Part shown: positions 37,099 to 46,440 of the stretch, one piece after another
Position numbering within the stretch: the stretch's first letter is position 1
How the letters are laid out: each line of letters begins with the position of its first letter
Made by a program: the position numbers and the translations under genes
Notes under the pieces: generated by a model
What the model saw: only the letters and a program-made list of their open reading frames with translations
Told to the model about the DNA's origin: nothing
The model's database searches: none
Assembly: GCA_035292445.1 (NCBI GenBank)
Contig: DATDQB010000003.1
Location: 9,692 to 73,691, forward strand
Direction of reading: 5' to 3'
Origin: Candidatus Omnitrophota bacterium
Lineage (GTDB): Bacteria; Omnitrophota; Gorgyraeia; Zapsychrales; Zapsychraceae
Length of the DNA stretch: 64,000 nt

Positions 37099-37099
37099 G

Positions 37100-37468
37100 T
37101 TAATTATTCGCCTTTAAAGTGATTATCGTCTCTGCTTGCAAGTTGCCAAACGAGTTGTTCCAGCTTACGCCCACTTCGATCCTTTTAAGGTTCGGGTTTC
37201 CCAAAAAAGGCGCCGTCTGCGTAACGCCTAACGTATATTGGGGGAAGCCAGAATATTGAAAACCGGCCTGATTGACATTTGTGGCAAAATTGGCCGGCTT
37301 GATCTCTTCAAGCTTTCTCGTAAGAAGATTGTAGGCCTCGGTTTTCTGCCTGTTTTGCCGGCTGATCCGGATGCCTACCGTGTACATCCCCAGAATGGAA
37401 ACAAAGGCCACCCCGACTATCACCATCGCAGCCATAACCTCAACAAGCGTAAAACCGCCCCTTTTCAT
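37100..37468 (-). CDS. minor pseudopilin (PilV/GspI-like)
   Basis: RGGFTLVEVMAAMVIVGVAF prepilin motif. 122 aa. Confidence 0.65.
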   Translation of the reverse strand: MKRGGFTLVEVMAAMVIVGVAFVSILGMYTVGIRISRQNRQKTEAYNLLTRKLEEIKPANFATNVNQAGFQYSGFPQYTLGVTQTAPFLGNPNLKRIEVGVSWNNSFGNLQAETIITLKANN

Positions 37469-37953
37469 AGGATCTCCACTTTGCCCGTGGTCGAAGCGAC
37501 ATTAATTTGAATGGTATCACCCCGCTGGTCGATCAACTCGATGTTGCCACTATCCGTCGGCGTTCCGAAATGGTCAAAATCGATCGTATGGGTCCCGGCC
37601 ACTGTAAAATCGGTAAAGTTAATGAACACCCCGTTCTCTACGGAGAAAGTGCCAATTGGGACAAAACCGCCGTTGCTGCTGGCGTCATAGCTGATGGTGT
37701 AGTTGTCGTTTATCACATCAAAGAATATTTTATGGATGCGCTGCTTGGTGATAGCGGCTTGCTGGGTGTAAACAATCTTTTCTTTGACTTTACGCGCCTC
37801 CATCAGGAGCTTATTCTGATGGACCATGCTGAAGAGCCTGGGGCCGATGACCAAGCTTATGAGGCTGAGGATGCCCAAAAGCATGATCAATTCAAGTAAA
37901 GTAAATCCTGCCCGAGGTATTCTGGAATAATGATGTGGGCTCGCCTTACTCAT
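37465..37953 (-). CDS. minor pseudopilin (FimT/GspH-like)
   Basis: RAGFTLLELIMLLGILSLISLVI prepilin motif. 162 aa. Confidence 0.65.
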   Translation of the reverse strand: MSKASPHHYSRIPRAGFTLLELIMLLGILSLISLVIGPRLFSMVHQNKLLMEARKVKEKIVYTQQAAITKQRIHKIFFDVINDNYTISYDASSNGGFVPIGTFSVENGVFINFTDFTVAGTHTIDFDHFGTPTDSGNIELIDQRGDTIQINVASTTGKVEIL

Positions 37954-38362
37954 CCGCTTCTATTTCTTTTTTCGTTTTGTGCTGCGGGATAAGAGCTGAC
38001 ATCAAGTTAATGGCTTTGATCATAATGGTGGTACTGCACGGTTTCGTTAAATAGTGGTCGGCCTCGAGCGAAAACCCCTTGTGCATATTGCCCAATTCCC
38101 CTTCACCGGAAACGATGATCACCGGCTGCCATTTTTCAGAAGGAGGGTTTTCTCTCAACTGCTTTAAGACCTCAAAACCGTGCATGCGGGGCATATTCAG
38201 GTCCAACAGGATAATATCCGGAGATTCGCTCTGGATCTTCTGCCAGGCCTCTTCGCCGTCTTTGGCCGGGACGACATCAAAGCCTTCTTCGCCGATCTTC
38301 TTGACCATGATCTTCAAAATATCCGAATCATCGTCCGCGATGAGAACTTTAATTTTCTCCAT
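37946..38362 (-). CDS. single-domain response regulator (CheY-like receiver)
   Basis: VLIADDD...DIILLDLNMPRMHG...IIVSG...K. 138 aa. Confidence 0.85.
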   Translation of the reverse strand: MEKIKVLIADDDSDILKIMVKKIGEEGFDVVPAKDGEEAWQKIQSESPDIILLDLNMPRMHGFEVLKQLRENPPSEKWQPVIIVSGEGELGNMHKGFSLEADHYLTKPCSTTIMIKAINLMSALIPQHKTKKEIEADE

Positions 38363-38422
38363 AATAGGACTCTCTTATTAAATTGCTGCGTTTAAAGTCG
38401 TTGACGTTAGGAAAATATTCGA

Positions 38423-38869
38423 TTACCAATCAGCAAATGGGCTATCCCCCGAGGCAACGCACGGAGCGCCACAGCCTGCCATATCAAGGTTCACTCGAAC
38501 ATCCCCTGTACCAGCGATATAGACCCATCCGCCGGCGTTTGAAAAGGCGCCGACTGCGGCATTGCTTTCTGTTATCCCTTCTTCAGGAACGACCCTTAGA
38601 TAGATCTCGCCTGTTACAGGAGCCGCTACGGTCAAGGCGTTCAACGTAAGAGGCAATATGGCTTCTTGGACCCTGAATACTTCAATGGTAGAACGAAGGG
38701 TCTCCAAGTTGGTTTTTGTTGTCGAGACTCTGGCCGCATCGCCTTGACCGGCAAAACGGGGGATAATAATGGCTGCCAGAAGCCCTAAGATCACAATGAC
38801 CATGATGAGTTCTACCAGCGTAAAACCCTTGGCCGGACGCAACTGGTTACTTTTTAATAATGGTTGCAT
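38423..38869 (-). CDS. type IV major pilin (PilA/GspG-like) with C-terminal Cys pair
   Basis: AKGFTLVELIMVIVILGLLAAIIIPRF is a classic class III leader plus hydrophobic helix. C-terminal CGAPC disulfide loop. 148 aa. RBS AAAGGTGATAAC precedes the ATG. Confidence 0.8.
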   Translation of the reverse strand: MQPLLKSNQLRPAKGFTLVELIMVIVILGLLAAIIIPRFAGQGDAARVSTTKTNLETLRSTIEVFRVQEAILPLTLNALTVAAPVTGEIYLRVVPEEGITESNAAVGAFSNAGGWVYIAGTGDVRVNLDMAGCGAPCVASGDSPFADW

Positions 38870-38972
38870 GTTATCACCTTTCTTTTATTACTATTGTTTT
38901 GTTAACTTTGTTGGGGATTATTTCATAAATGGTCTAACAATCTGCCTGAAAAAACAACCACCTCCTTTTAAG

Positions 38973-40190
38973 TTACATATGAAGCCCTTCCATAATATCG
39001 GTTAAAGGTAAAAATATGGATAACGAAATGAAACCGACGATCACGGTCATAAAGACAATAAGGACAGGCTCAATGATTTTGGTAAAATTCTTGATAGCCG
39101 TATCCACTTCCCGGTCATAAAACTCGGAAACCTTCACCAAAATATTTTCTAGGGTCCCCGTTTCCTCGCCGACATGGATCATATTGACCACCATATCCGG
39201 GAAAACACCGGTTTCGGCCAAAGGCTGGGCAATGGATTTCCCTTCCCCAACACGGGCGGCCACGTCTTTTAAAGCTTTGATCACGACCTTATTGTCAAGC
39301 GTATCCGTAACGACCTCTAATGTCGTAAGAATCGGGATCCCCGCCGCCACCAAAACGGATAAAATTTGCGTAAATTGCGAAGCGGTCGTCTTCTTGATCA
39401 ATTCCCCGAACGCGGGCAAACTAAGGCATAATTTATCAAATTGATAACGCCCGTTTTCCGTATGAATGTAGCTTCGAAGGAAAATAAGGGTCATCCCTAT
39501 GGCGATAATGAAAAAATACCAATACTCCCGAAGCAACGCCCCCAACCCCAACAAGAACTCTGTTGAGGCAGGGATCGTGGCGCCGATATCTTCGAAGACC
39601 TGGGAAAACCGCGGCAACACAAAAGTCACCAGGAAAATAACGGCTCCCATACAGATGATCAGTAAAATGACCGGATAGGCTAGCGCGGATTTGATCCTCT
39701 CCCTGACCACAGACTGGGCCTCGTAAAAAATAGCCAATCTTCGTAACAGCTCGTCCAGCACTCCCCCCACTTCCCCGGCGTTGACCATTTGGATATATAA
39801 TTTAGAAAATACGTGCGGGTGCTCTTTCAAGGACTCCGAGAATGAGCGCCCCTCTTCAACTTTATGATGGATTTCAACCAGCGCTTTTTTCAGCGTTTCG
39901 TTGGTGGTTTGGTTAATGATGATGCGCAGGCTCTTAAGAAGGGGCAATCCGGCATTGAGCATGGTATAAAGCTGCCAGCTTAGGATAGAGATGTCCGTAA
40001 ATTTTACCTTTTTCTTGAAAGAAAAAAATCCGGGGGCCATCACGCCCGAGATTTTCTTTTCCGAGAACTCGATGACAAAATACCCCCTCGCATCAAGCTT
40101 TTTGCGCAGGTCTTTGCTGTCTTCGGCGATCAGCTCGCCTTCAATGACTTTCCCATATTTATCCCGGACCCTGTATAAGTACCGTTGCAT
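38973..40190 (-). CDS. PilC/GspF inner-membrane platform protein
   Basis: 405 aa. Duplicated GspF domain with three TM helices. Conserved NAGEVGG-type region. Confidence 0.9.
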   Translation of the reverse strand: MQRYLYRVRDKYGKVIEGELIAEDSKDLRKKLDARGYFVIEFSEKKISGVMAPGFFSFKKKVKFTDISILSWQLYTMLNAGLPLLKSLRIIINQTTNETLKKALVEIHHKVEEGRSFSESLKEHPHVFSKLYIQMVNAGEVGGVLDELLRRLAIFYEAQSVVRERIKSALAYPVILLIICMGAVIFLVTFVLPRFSQVFEDIGATIPASTEFLLGLGALLREYWYFFIIAIGMTLIFLRSYIHTENGRYQFDKLCLSLPAFGELIKKTTASQFTQILSVLVAAGIPILTTLEVVTDTLDNKVVIKALKDVAARVGEGKSIAQPLAETGVFPDMVVNMIHVGEETGTLENILVKVSEFYDREVDTAIKNFTKIIEPVLIVFMTVIVGFISLSIFLPLTDIMEGLHM

Positions 40191-40201
40191 AAAATGATCC
40201 C

Positions 40202-41917
40202 CTATTCAGCTTCGATAAAGGTCACTTTGTTGACCTCTTCAAGCGTTGTGAGACCTTGTAAAGCCTTTTCCATGCCATCTTCCCACAATAATTTCATGCC
40301 GGCCTTTCGGGCGGCTTCCTGGATCTCATCGCTGGATTTCCCGGCCTGAATAACGCTGCGCAGCTCCTTGTTCAAGACCATCAGTTCAAAAATACCGATG
40401 CGGCCGTAATAACCCGTTTTACCGCAGGCATCGCAGCCCTTTCCCCGGTAAAAGGTATATGTCTTTGTAGCGTCCTCTAATCTTGCGCGTTTCAGTTCCT
40501 CCGGCGTTGGTTGGTAACTCTCCTTGCATTTGGGGCAGATCATACGGACTAACCGCTGGGCCAATATGCCGCAGACCGAGGAAATGACAAGATAAAGAGG
40601 GATCCCCATATCCACCAAACGGACAATGGAGCTGGCGGCATCGTTGGTGTGAAGGGTGCTGAAGACCAGATGCCCCGTCAATGCGGCACGGACGGCGATA
40701 TCCGCTGTCTCGGTATCCCGCATCTCCCCCACCATGATCACGTCCGGGTCCTGGCGCAAAATGGACCTTAATCCTTTGGCAAAGGTGACCCCCGCTTTGA
40801 CATTGACAGCGATCTGGTTCACTCCTTTGATCTCGTATTCCACCGGCTCTTCGATCGTAATGATGTTCTTATCCGCCGTATTGATGGTTTGCAGGGCCAA
40901 ATAAAGGGTGGTCGATTTCCCGCTTCCCGTCGGGCCGGTCACCAGGACAATGCCAAAGGGACGTTCGATCAATTCCCTGAATTTCGTGTATACATCATCG
41001 CCAAAACCGGAATTTTTAAGGTCTTTAAGAATGACGCTCGGGTCCAGCAGGCGCATGACCACCGTTTCGCCGTAAGTTGTCGGGACCGTGGAAACGCGCA
41101 CATCCACTTCTTTTTCCTCCACGTTCATCTTAAACCGGCCGTCCTGGGGGGTCCGCTTGATCGAGATGTCGATGCCCGCCATGATCTTGATCCTCGAGAT
41201 AATGATCTCCTGAAGATGTTTAGGCGGCGTCATCGCCTCCCGCAAACCGCCATCGACGCGGTAACGGACCCGCAAAACCTCTTCTTCCGGCTCGATATGG
41301 ATATCGCTGGCCCGGGCTTTCACCGCCTCGGTGATCATCGTATTGACCATTTTGATGATGGGCGCCTGGTCCGTTTCGATGATCTGTTCTTTGGGCTCTA
41401 CCTTTTTAACTTTTGTCTGGCGTTTCGACTCGATCCGGTCAGCCTCTTGGGCCATGCTGGTAACCGCTTGATGCAGGCGTTCTTTGCCATGATAAAATTT
41501 GTCGATCGCCCTGAGGATCTCCTCTTTTCGGCATAAAACAACCTCGATCTTTGATTTAGCCATCCCCTCGATATCATCGATGGCGAAAACATCAAAAGGA
41601 TCGGCCATCGCGACCTGTAAGGTATCCCCTTCTTTGGAAAGAGGCATCACCATATATTGCCGGCAGTGGTTTTCCGGGATCAATTTGATCACGCCGGGAT
41701 CAAGGATAAGGCTGGATAATTCCCTGGCGACCGGAACATGAAGGCATTCGCTCATAAAATGGATCAATTTTTCCTCGGTAATAAAACCCATATCCACCAG
41801 GACCTGCCTCAGGACCATTTTTGTTTCTTGATGTTTCTTGAGGGCGACGTCAAACTGCTCCTGGGTGATGAGCCCCTCTTCCACTAATCGTTCGCCTAAT
41901 CGGATTCTTTTGTACAT
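40202..41917 (-). CDS. PilB/GspE type IV pilus assembly ATPase
   Basis: N-terminal GspE_N domain. Walker A VTGPTGSGKSTTLY. Asp box, Walker B, His box. Tetracysteine CPKC...CDAC motif. 571 aa. Confidence 0.9.
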   Translation of the reverse strand: MYKRIRLGERLVEEGLITQEQFDVALKKHQETKMVLRQVLVDMGFITEEKLIHFMSECLHVPVARELSSLILDPGVIKLIPENHCRQYMVMPLSKEGDTLQVAMADPFDVFAIDDIEGMAKSKIEVVLCRKEEILRAIDKFYHGKERLHQAVTSMAQEADRIESKRQTKVKKVEPKEQIIETDQAPIIKMVNTMITEAVKARASDIHIEPEEEVLRVRYRVDGGLREAMTPPKHLQEIIISRIKIMAGIDISIKRTPQDGRFKMNVEEKEVDVRVSTVPTTYGETVVMRLLDPSVILKDLKNSGFGDDVYTKFRELIERPFGIVLVTGPTGSGKSTTLYLALQTINTADKNIITIEEPVEYEIKGVNQIAVNVKAGVTFAKGLRSILRQDPDVIMVGEMRDTETADIAVRAALTGHLVFSTLHTNDAASSIVRLVDMGIPLYLVISSVCGILAQRLVRMICPKCKESYQPTPEELKRARLEDATKTYTFYRGKGCDACGKTGYYGRIGIFELMVLNKELRSVIQAGKSSDEIQEAARKAGMKLLWEDGMEKALQGLTTLEEVNKVTFIEAE

Positions 41918-41940
41918 GGATAAAGCCTAATTTACCTAGC

Positions 41941-42309
41941 TCATTGAAGGGTTGTTTCAATGCATTTGATCAATAATTTTGTCTTGAGCGGCTTGACTAA
42001 ATAATACTCCGCCCCCAGATGGATGCCTTTTTGAATATCCTCTTCCAAACCCATCCCCGTCAACATAACAACGGGGATCGTTTGCGTTTCCTTGTTTTTC
42101 TTCATCTCACCCAACACCTCATAACCGCTTATTTTGGGCAGCATGATGTCCAGGATCACTAGATCAGGCTTTTTCTGCTGCATAAGCCTTAAGCCTTCTT
42201 CGCCATCAAGGGCCGTGGCCACCGAGTAACCGAGCTTGCCCAGTTCGCTCTGCAGTATTTTGTTCAAGTCCTTATCGTCATCAATGATCAGAATTTCTTT
42301 TCTTTTCAT
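41941..42309 (-). CDS. single-domain response regulator (CheY-like receiver)
   Basis: ILIIDDD...DLVILDIMLPKISG...VMLTG...K. 122 aa. Confidence 0.85.
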   Translation of the reverse strand: MKRKEILIIDDDKDLNKILQSELGKLGYSVATALDGEEGLRLMQQKKPDLVILDIMLPKISGYEVLGEMKKNKETQTIPVVMLTGMGLEEDIQKGIHLGAEYYLVKPLKTKLLIKCIETTLQ

Positions 42310-42399
42310 TGCATTCTCCCTAGTTTACTTATAATTATATTTCTATTATATAAGAAATCTATTTATTAAAAACGGTTTTTATAAAAATCGCATTTTTCC

Positions 42400-42435
42400 A
42401 ATAAAAAAAGGCAAGACCGAAACGCCTTACCTTAT
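42400..42435 (-). terminator. rho-independent terminator downstream of the 42461 receiver gene
   Basis: On the minus strand: AAGGCGTTTCGGTCTTGCCTTTTTTTATT. A GC stem followed by a T7 tract. Confidence 0.5.
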
Positions 42436-42460
42436 CCAACAACCGCCCCCTTGTTAGCCA

Positions 42461-42838
42461 CTAGGCAATGGTCTTTATCTTATCCATTAACTCCTTGAAA
42501 TTAAATGGTTTACCGATAGCCGGGTAAAAGCGATCCCCAACCTTGATCTTGGTGGCCGTTTCCTCTTCATCTTCAACAACGATGCCAGAAAGAAAAATTA
42601 CCGGGATATCCCTGGTGGATTGGTACTCCTGGAGCGTGCGCACGCAATCGGCCCCGTCAATATCGCCCAAAACAATGTCCATTAAAATGACATCGGGCAT
42701 GAAATCTTTGGCCTTTTTAAGCACCTCTTGCCCTTCGCTAAGGGTGCTGACATTAAAGCCTTCCGATTTTAACTTATGGGACAACAATTCAGAAATGTCT
42801 TTGTTATCGTCAACGATCAGGATTTTTCTTACGCCCAT
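42461..42838 (-). CDS. single-domain response regulator (CheY-like receiver)
   Basis: ILIVDDN...DVILMDIVLGDIDG...IFLSG...K. 125 aa. Confidence 0.85.
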   Translation of the reverse strand: MGVRKILIVDDNKDISELLSHKLKSEGFNVSTLSEGQEVLKKAKDFMPDVILMDIVLGDIDGADCVRTLQEYQSTRDIPVIFLSGIVVEDEEETATKIKVGDRFYPAIGKPFNFKELMDKIKTIA

Positions 42839-42888
42839 GTTAATCTCCTTTTATGGCAAACGCCACCCACCACTAATTTTTACTCCAA

Positions 42889-43491
42889 TTAAAAGGAAAA
42901 AGCCCTCTCAAAAGACAGCCTATAAATATTTTCGGCCGTGGTCTTAACCCCAGTGATGAACTTGAAAAAGCTCCACTTGTCAAAGACCAAATCAAAGAGC
43001 AAGACCGTCAGGCAGATCACCGCCACGAAAACGAGGCTCATCCAAAAAAAGTATGTCGGCTTGATCGGCGTCTTCTCCTCTTCCTGCATTTCCTGGGCGG
43101 TGAGCAGGATATGCATGGCAAAGGCAAAACCGACGAAGAACATGTAATAAGGGCTCACGTTGCTGGCGCCCAATAACGTTTTCGTCACATAGAACAAAAG
43201 CAGGACGATCGTCAGGTAGAACGGGACCAGCCGGGAAATGAGCCTGTCCGCCGGCTGCAGGAAAGACATCAGGCCTTGCATCATGCGCTGGCCGAAATCA
43301 TAGACGCCCCAGAACTGGTACAAAAACAAGAACGTCACCAGAAAGCCGAAGATCCCCCACCGGAAGAACTCCGCATAGCTGGCGGGATAGGTGGTCAAGT
43401 GGCTTTCAAAAGCGACGAAGGTGGCGATCACGATGGGGAGCATCAGGACCGCCAGGAAAAACTTAAGCATCGTTAATATGAAATCGCCCAT
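42889..43491 (-). CDS. hypothetical polytopic membrane protein
   Basis: 200 aa, about 5 TM helices. No motif recognised. Confidence 0.5.
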   Translation of the reverse strand: MGDFILTMLKFFLAVLMLPIVIATFVAFESHLTTYPASYAEFFRWGIFGFLVTFLFLYQFWGVYDFGQRMMQGLMSFLQPADRLISRLVPFYLTIVLLLFYVTKTLLGASNVSPYYMFFVGFAFAMHILLTAQEMQEEEKTPIKPTYFFWMSLVFVAVICLTVLLFDLVFDKWSFFKFITGVKTTAENIYRLSFERAFSF

Positions 43492-43502
43492 AATAATCTC
43501 CT

Positions 43503-44786
43503 TTATGAAAACGATTGTTTAGAAATCTTTGTTAACCCATCCATGTACGGGCGCAACGCCTCAGGGATAGCAACCTCCCCTTCCTTGGTCTGGTTGTTTT
43601 CCAAAAGAGCGGCCACGGTGCGCGGAAGAGCGACGCCGGAGCCGTTTAACGTGTGGACGAACCCCGTTCCCTTAGTTGCCTTGCCCTTAAAACGGATGTT
43701 CGCCCGGCGGGCCTGGAAATTCTCAAAATTGGAACAGCTGGAGGCCTCCAGCCATTTGTCAAGCCCGGCGGCGTAAACTTCGATGTCATAGCATTTGGCC
43801 GCCGCGAAGCTCAGATCCCCGCTCGCCAACTGCAACACGCGGTAGGGGATGTTCAGGAGTTGAAAGATCTTTTCAGCGTTTTTGACGAGGGCTTCCAGCT
43901 CCTCGTAAGAATTTTCGGGTGTTGTAAATTTGACCATCTCCACTTTATCGAACTGGTGAACGCGGATAAGGCCCTTGGTGTCCTTGCCGTAGGAGCCTGC
44001 TTCCCGGCGGAAACACGGCGTGTACGCCGTATAATAAATGGGCAGGTCTTCCTCTTTGAGGATCTCATCGCGGTGGATGTTGGTGACCGGCACCTCGGCG
44101 GTGGGGATCAAGAACAGATCCTCCTCCTTCAGCCTGTACATGTCCGCTTCCATCTTGGGCAGCTGCCCCGTCCCGGTCATGGCGTCGCGGTTGACCAGTA
44201 CCGGCGGGGAGATCTCCTTATAACCGTGCTCTTTGGTGTGCACATCCAGCATGAAATTAATGAGCGCCCGCTCCAGCCGGGCGCCGAGGCCTTTGAACAA
44301 AATAAAATTGCTGCCCGAGATCTTGGTGCAACGCTTAAAGTCCACGATGTCCAATTTTTCGACCAGGTCCAGATGCGTCAGCGGCTTAAAATTGAATTTT
44401 GGCTTCTCGCCCCAGCTGCGCACGGTCGTATTTTTTTCAGCACCGCCGGAGGCCACGCTCTCATGCGGCAGGTTGGGGATGCCGATCAACAGCTCATCCA
44501 GTTCGTGCCGCAGGGATTTGGCTTTGGGCTCAAGTTCGTCTATTTGCGCGGCGATGGCCTTCATGGCAATGATCTTTTCCTTGGCGTCCTTTTTCGCTTT
44601 AAGGAGTGCTGCGATATCGTCGTTGGCCGCGTTCTGCCGGGCTTTTAAGTCATCGCATTTTTGCTGAATGGCCCGGCGGGACTGGTCTTTCTCATAAATC
44701 AAGTCCAGATCCGCCTTGAAATTTTTCTTGAGCAATCCCTCACGGACGGCTTTGCGGTTATCCCGGATCAGTTGAATGTCGAACAT
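43503..44786 (-). CDS. serS: seryl-tRNA synthetase
   Basis: 427 aa. N-terminal coiled-coil arm. Class II motifs, motif 2 FRREAGS-like (CFRREAGSYGKDTKGLIRVHQFDKVE) and motif 3 (GSGVALPRTVAALLE). Confidence 0.9.
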   Translation of the reverse strand: MFDIQLIRDNRKAVREGLLKKNFKADLDLIYEKDQSRRAIQQKCDDLKARQNAANDDIAALLKAKKDAKEKIIAMKAIAAQIDELEPKAKSLRHELDELLIGIPNLPHESVASGGAEKNTTVRSWGEKPKFNFKPLTHLDLVEKLDIVDFKRCTKISGSNFILFKGLGARLERALINFMLDVHTKEHGYKEISPPVLVNRDAMTGTGQLPKMEADMYRLKEEDLFLIPTAEVPVTNIHRDEILKEEDLPIYYTAYTPCFRREAGSYGKDTKGLIRVHQFDKVEMVKFTTPENSYEELEALVKNAEKIFQLLNIPYRVLQLASGDLSFAAAKCYDIEVYAAGLDKWLEASSCSNFENFQARRANIRFKGKATKGTGFVHTLNGSGVALPRTVAALLENNQTKEGEVAIPEALRPYMDGLTKISKQSFS

Positions 44787-44807
44787 GGGGTATTTTTTAG
44801 CGCGGTT

Positions 44808-45233
44808 TTAATCGGCCCTGAAATGCTCCTGCAGGACCTGCTGGATCTGTGTAGCCAGCACCTTAGGGTTTATGGGCTTGCACATAAAATTCTCGGCATC
44901 CAACGAAAAACATTCCACCAAATTGGACGGCGAATCAACGCCGGTCAGAAAAATGACGGGGATATCTTTGGTCGCCTCGTTCTCTTTGATCTGCCGGCAC
45001 ATGGCGACCCCGTCCATTATCGGCATGTTGCAGTCGGAAAGGATCAGATCCGGCTTGTGGGAGAGCGCTTTGATATAGCCTTCGGCCCCGTTCTCTGCCG
45101 TCATCACCCGGCAGCCCAGGTCCTTCAAGGCGTGCACGATGATCTTGCGGTCGACTTCGTTGTCATCGACCACCAAAATGATGCGGTCCTTGAAGGTTGG
45201 TGCGTCTTTTTTCCCGAACAAATTATTTAACAT
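44808..45233 (-). CDS. single-domain response regulator (CheY-like receiver)
   Basis: ILVVDDN...DLILSDCNMPIMDG...IFLTG...K. 141 aa. Confidence 0.85.
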   Translation of the reverse strand: MLNNLFGKKDAPTFKDRIILVVDDNEVDRKIIVHALKDLGCRVMTAENGAEGYIKALSHKPDLILSDCNMPIMDGVAMCRQIKENEATKDIPVIFLTGVDSPSNLVECFSLDAENFMCKPINPKVLATQIQQVLQEHFRAD

Positions 45234-45336
45234 ATTAGTATATCTATAAGTATTGAATAATACATTAATTTATAGCACAGCCCCTCTATAAAATCAAAAC
45301 ACTTTCCTTCTTTCTTGATGAAACGCCTTGGCGGGA

Positions 45337-46440
45337 TTAAGCCTTTTCGAGGCCTTTGAACTTGAGCTCTTGGATCAAGGCGGGGTCGAATCTTTCGCAG
45401 GAAGCCTGCCCGAACATTTTCAGGAAACGCCCTAAAGACTTGTCCTTGGCGATGACAAGGTGGTACTTTTTCTTCTTGGTCAGGGCTTTCCAGAAAACAG
45501 ACCATTTTTTGTTAAAGGGAAAAAATTTGACGTCCGAAATTTCATGGACATTGGCTTCCTTAAATATTTTTTCGCGTTCCGGGGCCGCCCCCTTCACCCA
45601 CATCGAGATAAAATGGCCCTCACGCCCAAGCAGTACGGCGCGCTCCAGCGCCTCCAGCAACTCCTCGTGGCTGTCAACCACCCAAGCGAGGCGCAAACTT
45701 CTGCCCCATTTCTTCAGGTAAGCGTCCCGGGATTTTTTGAACAATACCTCTTGGCCCTTGCCCAGTTGGTCCGATGAGCCGTGCAGCGCATGCCAGACGT
45801 AGGCGCGTTTGGCCACCCCCAGCCGGAACCCCGCCTTATAGACCCGACGGGAATAATCGGAATCCTCGAAAAACATGGGGGCGAATTCCGGCGAGAATCC
45901 GCCGATCCTTTCGATGAGCGCGCGGCGGGCTACCATGCAAAAGCCGATGCAAAAAGGCATGTCGACAAAGGAGCCTTTGGCAAAGGTGCGCTTCAAGCGC
46001 TCGCTCAACTCATCGATCGATTCCCCCTTTTGCGGCATCCTGTTCAAGTTATTGCTGTTGGGGTTCAACAGCCCCACGTCCGGATTTTCTTTGAAAGCCC
46101 AGATGACCTCATCCAGCCAGCCGCGGGTGAAGACAACATCGTTATTGCAAAAGCACACGTACGGGGCGTCGCTCACCGCGAGCCCCTGGTTCATGGCGGG
46201 CCCGTAGCCTTTGTTATCGTTGTTAAGGATGATGATGAATTTATGCTCGCCCGTATCGCGCAGGGTGCTCAAGAATTCCCGCGTGCCGTCCCCGCTGCCG
46301 TTGTCGATAAAAATCACGCGCGAGGGCGTCTGCGTTTGGGCCAGGAAGCTTTTGACGAACCTTTGCGTATGGTCGATCTTGTTGAACGTCGGGACGATGA
46401 TGTCGCAGAGGGTTTTCGGGATCTGTTTTTCTTCTTCCAT
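45337..46440 (-). CDS. family 2 glycosyltransferase
   Basis: IVPTFNK...IFIDNGSGDGT...DNDVVF matches GT-A DxD-type motifs. 367 aa. Confidence 0.8.
   Translation of the reverse strand: MEEEKQIPKTLCDIIVPTFNKIDHTQRFVKSFLAQTQTPSRVIFIDNGSGDGTREFLSTLRDTGEHKFIIILNNDNKGYGPAMNQGLAVSDAPYVCFCNNDVVFTRGWLDEVIWAFKENPDVGLLNPNSNNLNRMPQKGESIDELSERLKRTFAKGSFVDMPFCIGFCMVARRALIERIGGFSPEFAPMFFEDSDYSRRVYKAGFRLGVAKRAYVWHALHGSSDQLGKGQEVLFKKSRDAYLKKWGRSLRLAWVVDSHEELLEALERAVLLGREGHFISMWVKGAAPEREKIFKEANVHEISDVKFFPFNKKWSVFWKALTKKKKYHLVIAKDKSLGRFLKMFGQASCERFDPALIQELKFKGLEKA

Noticed and set aside
40889-41536. 215-aa plus-strand ORF; also 43653-44648 (331 aa) and 45781-46539 (252 aa)
   Set aside because: They are antisense to pilB/gspE, serS and the GT2 gene respectively, all of which have unambiguous catalytic motifs on the minus strand.
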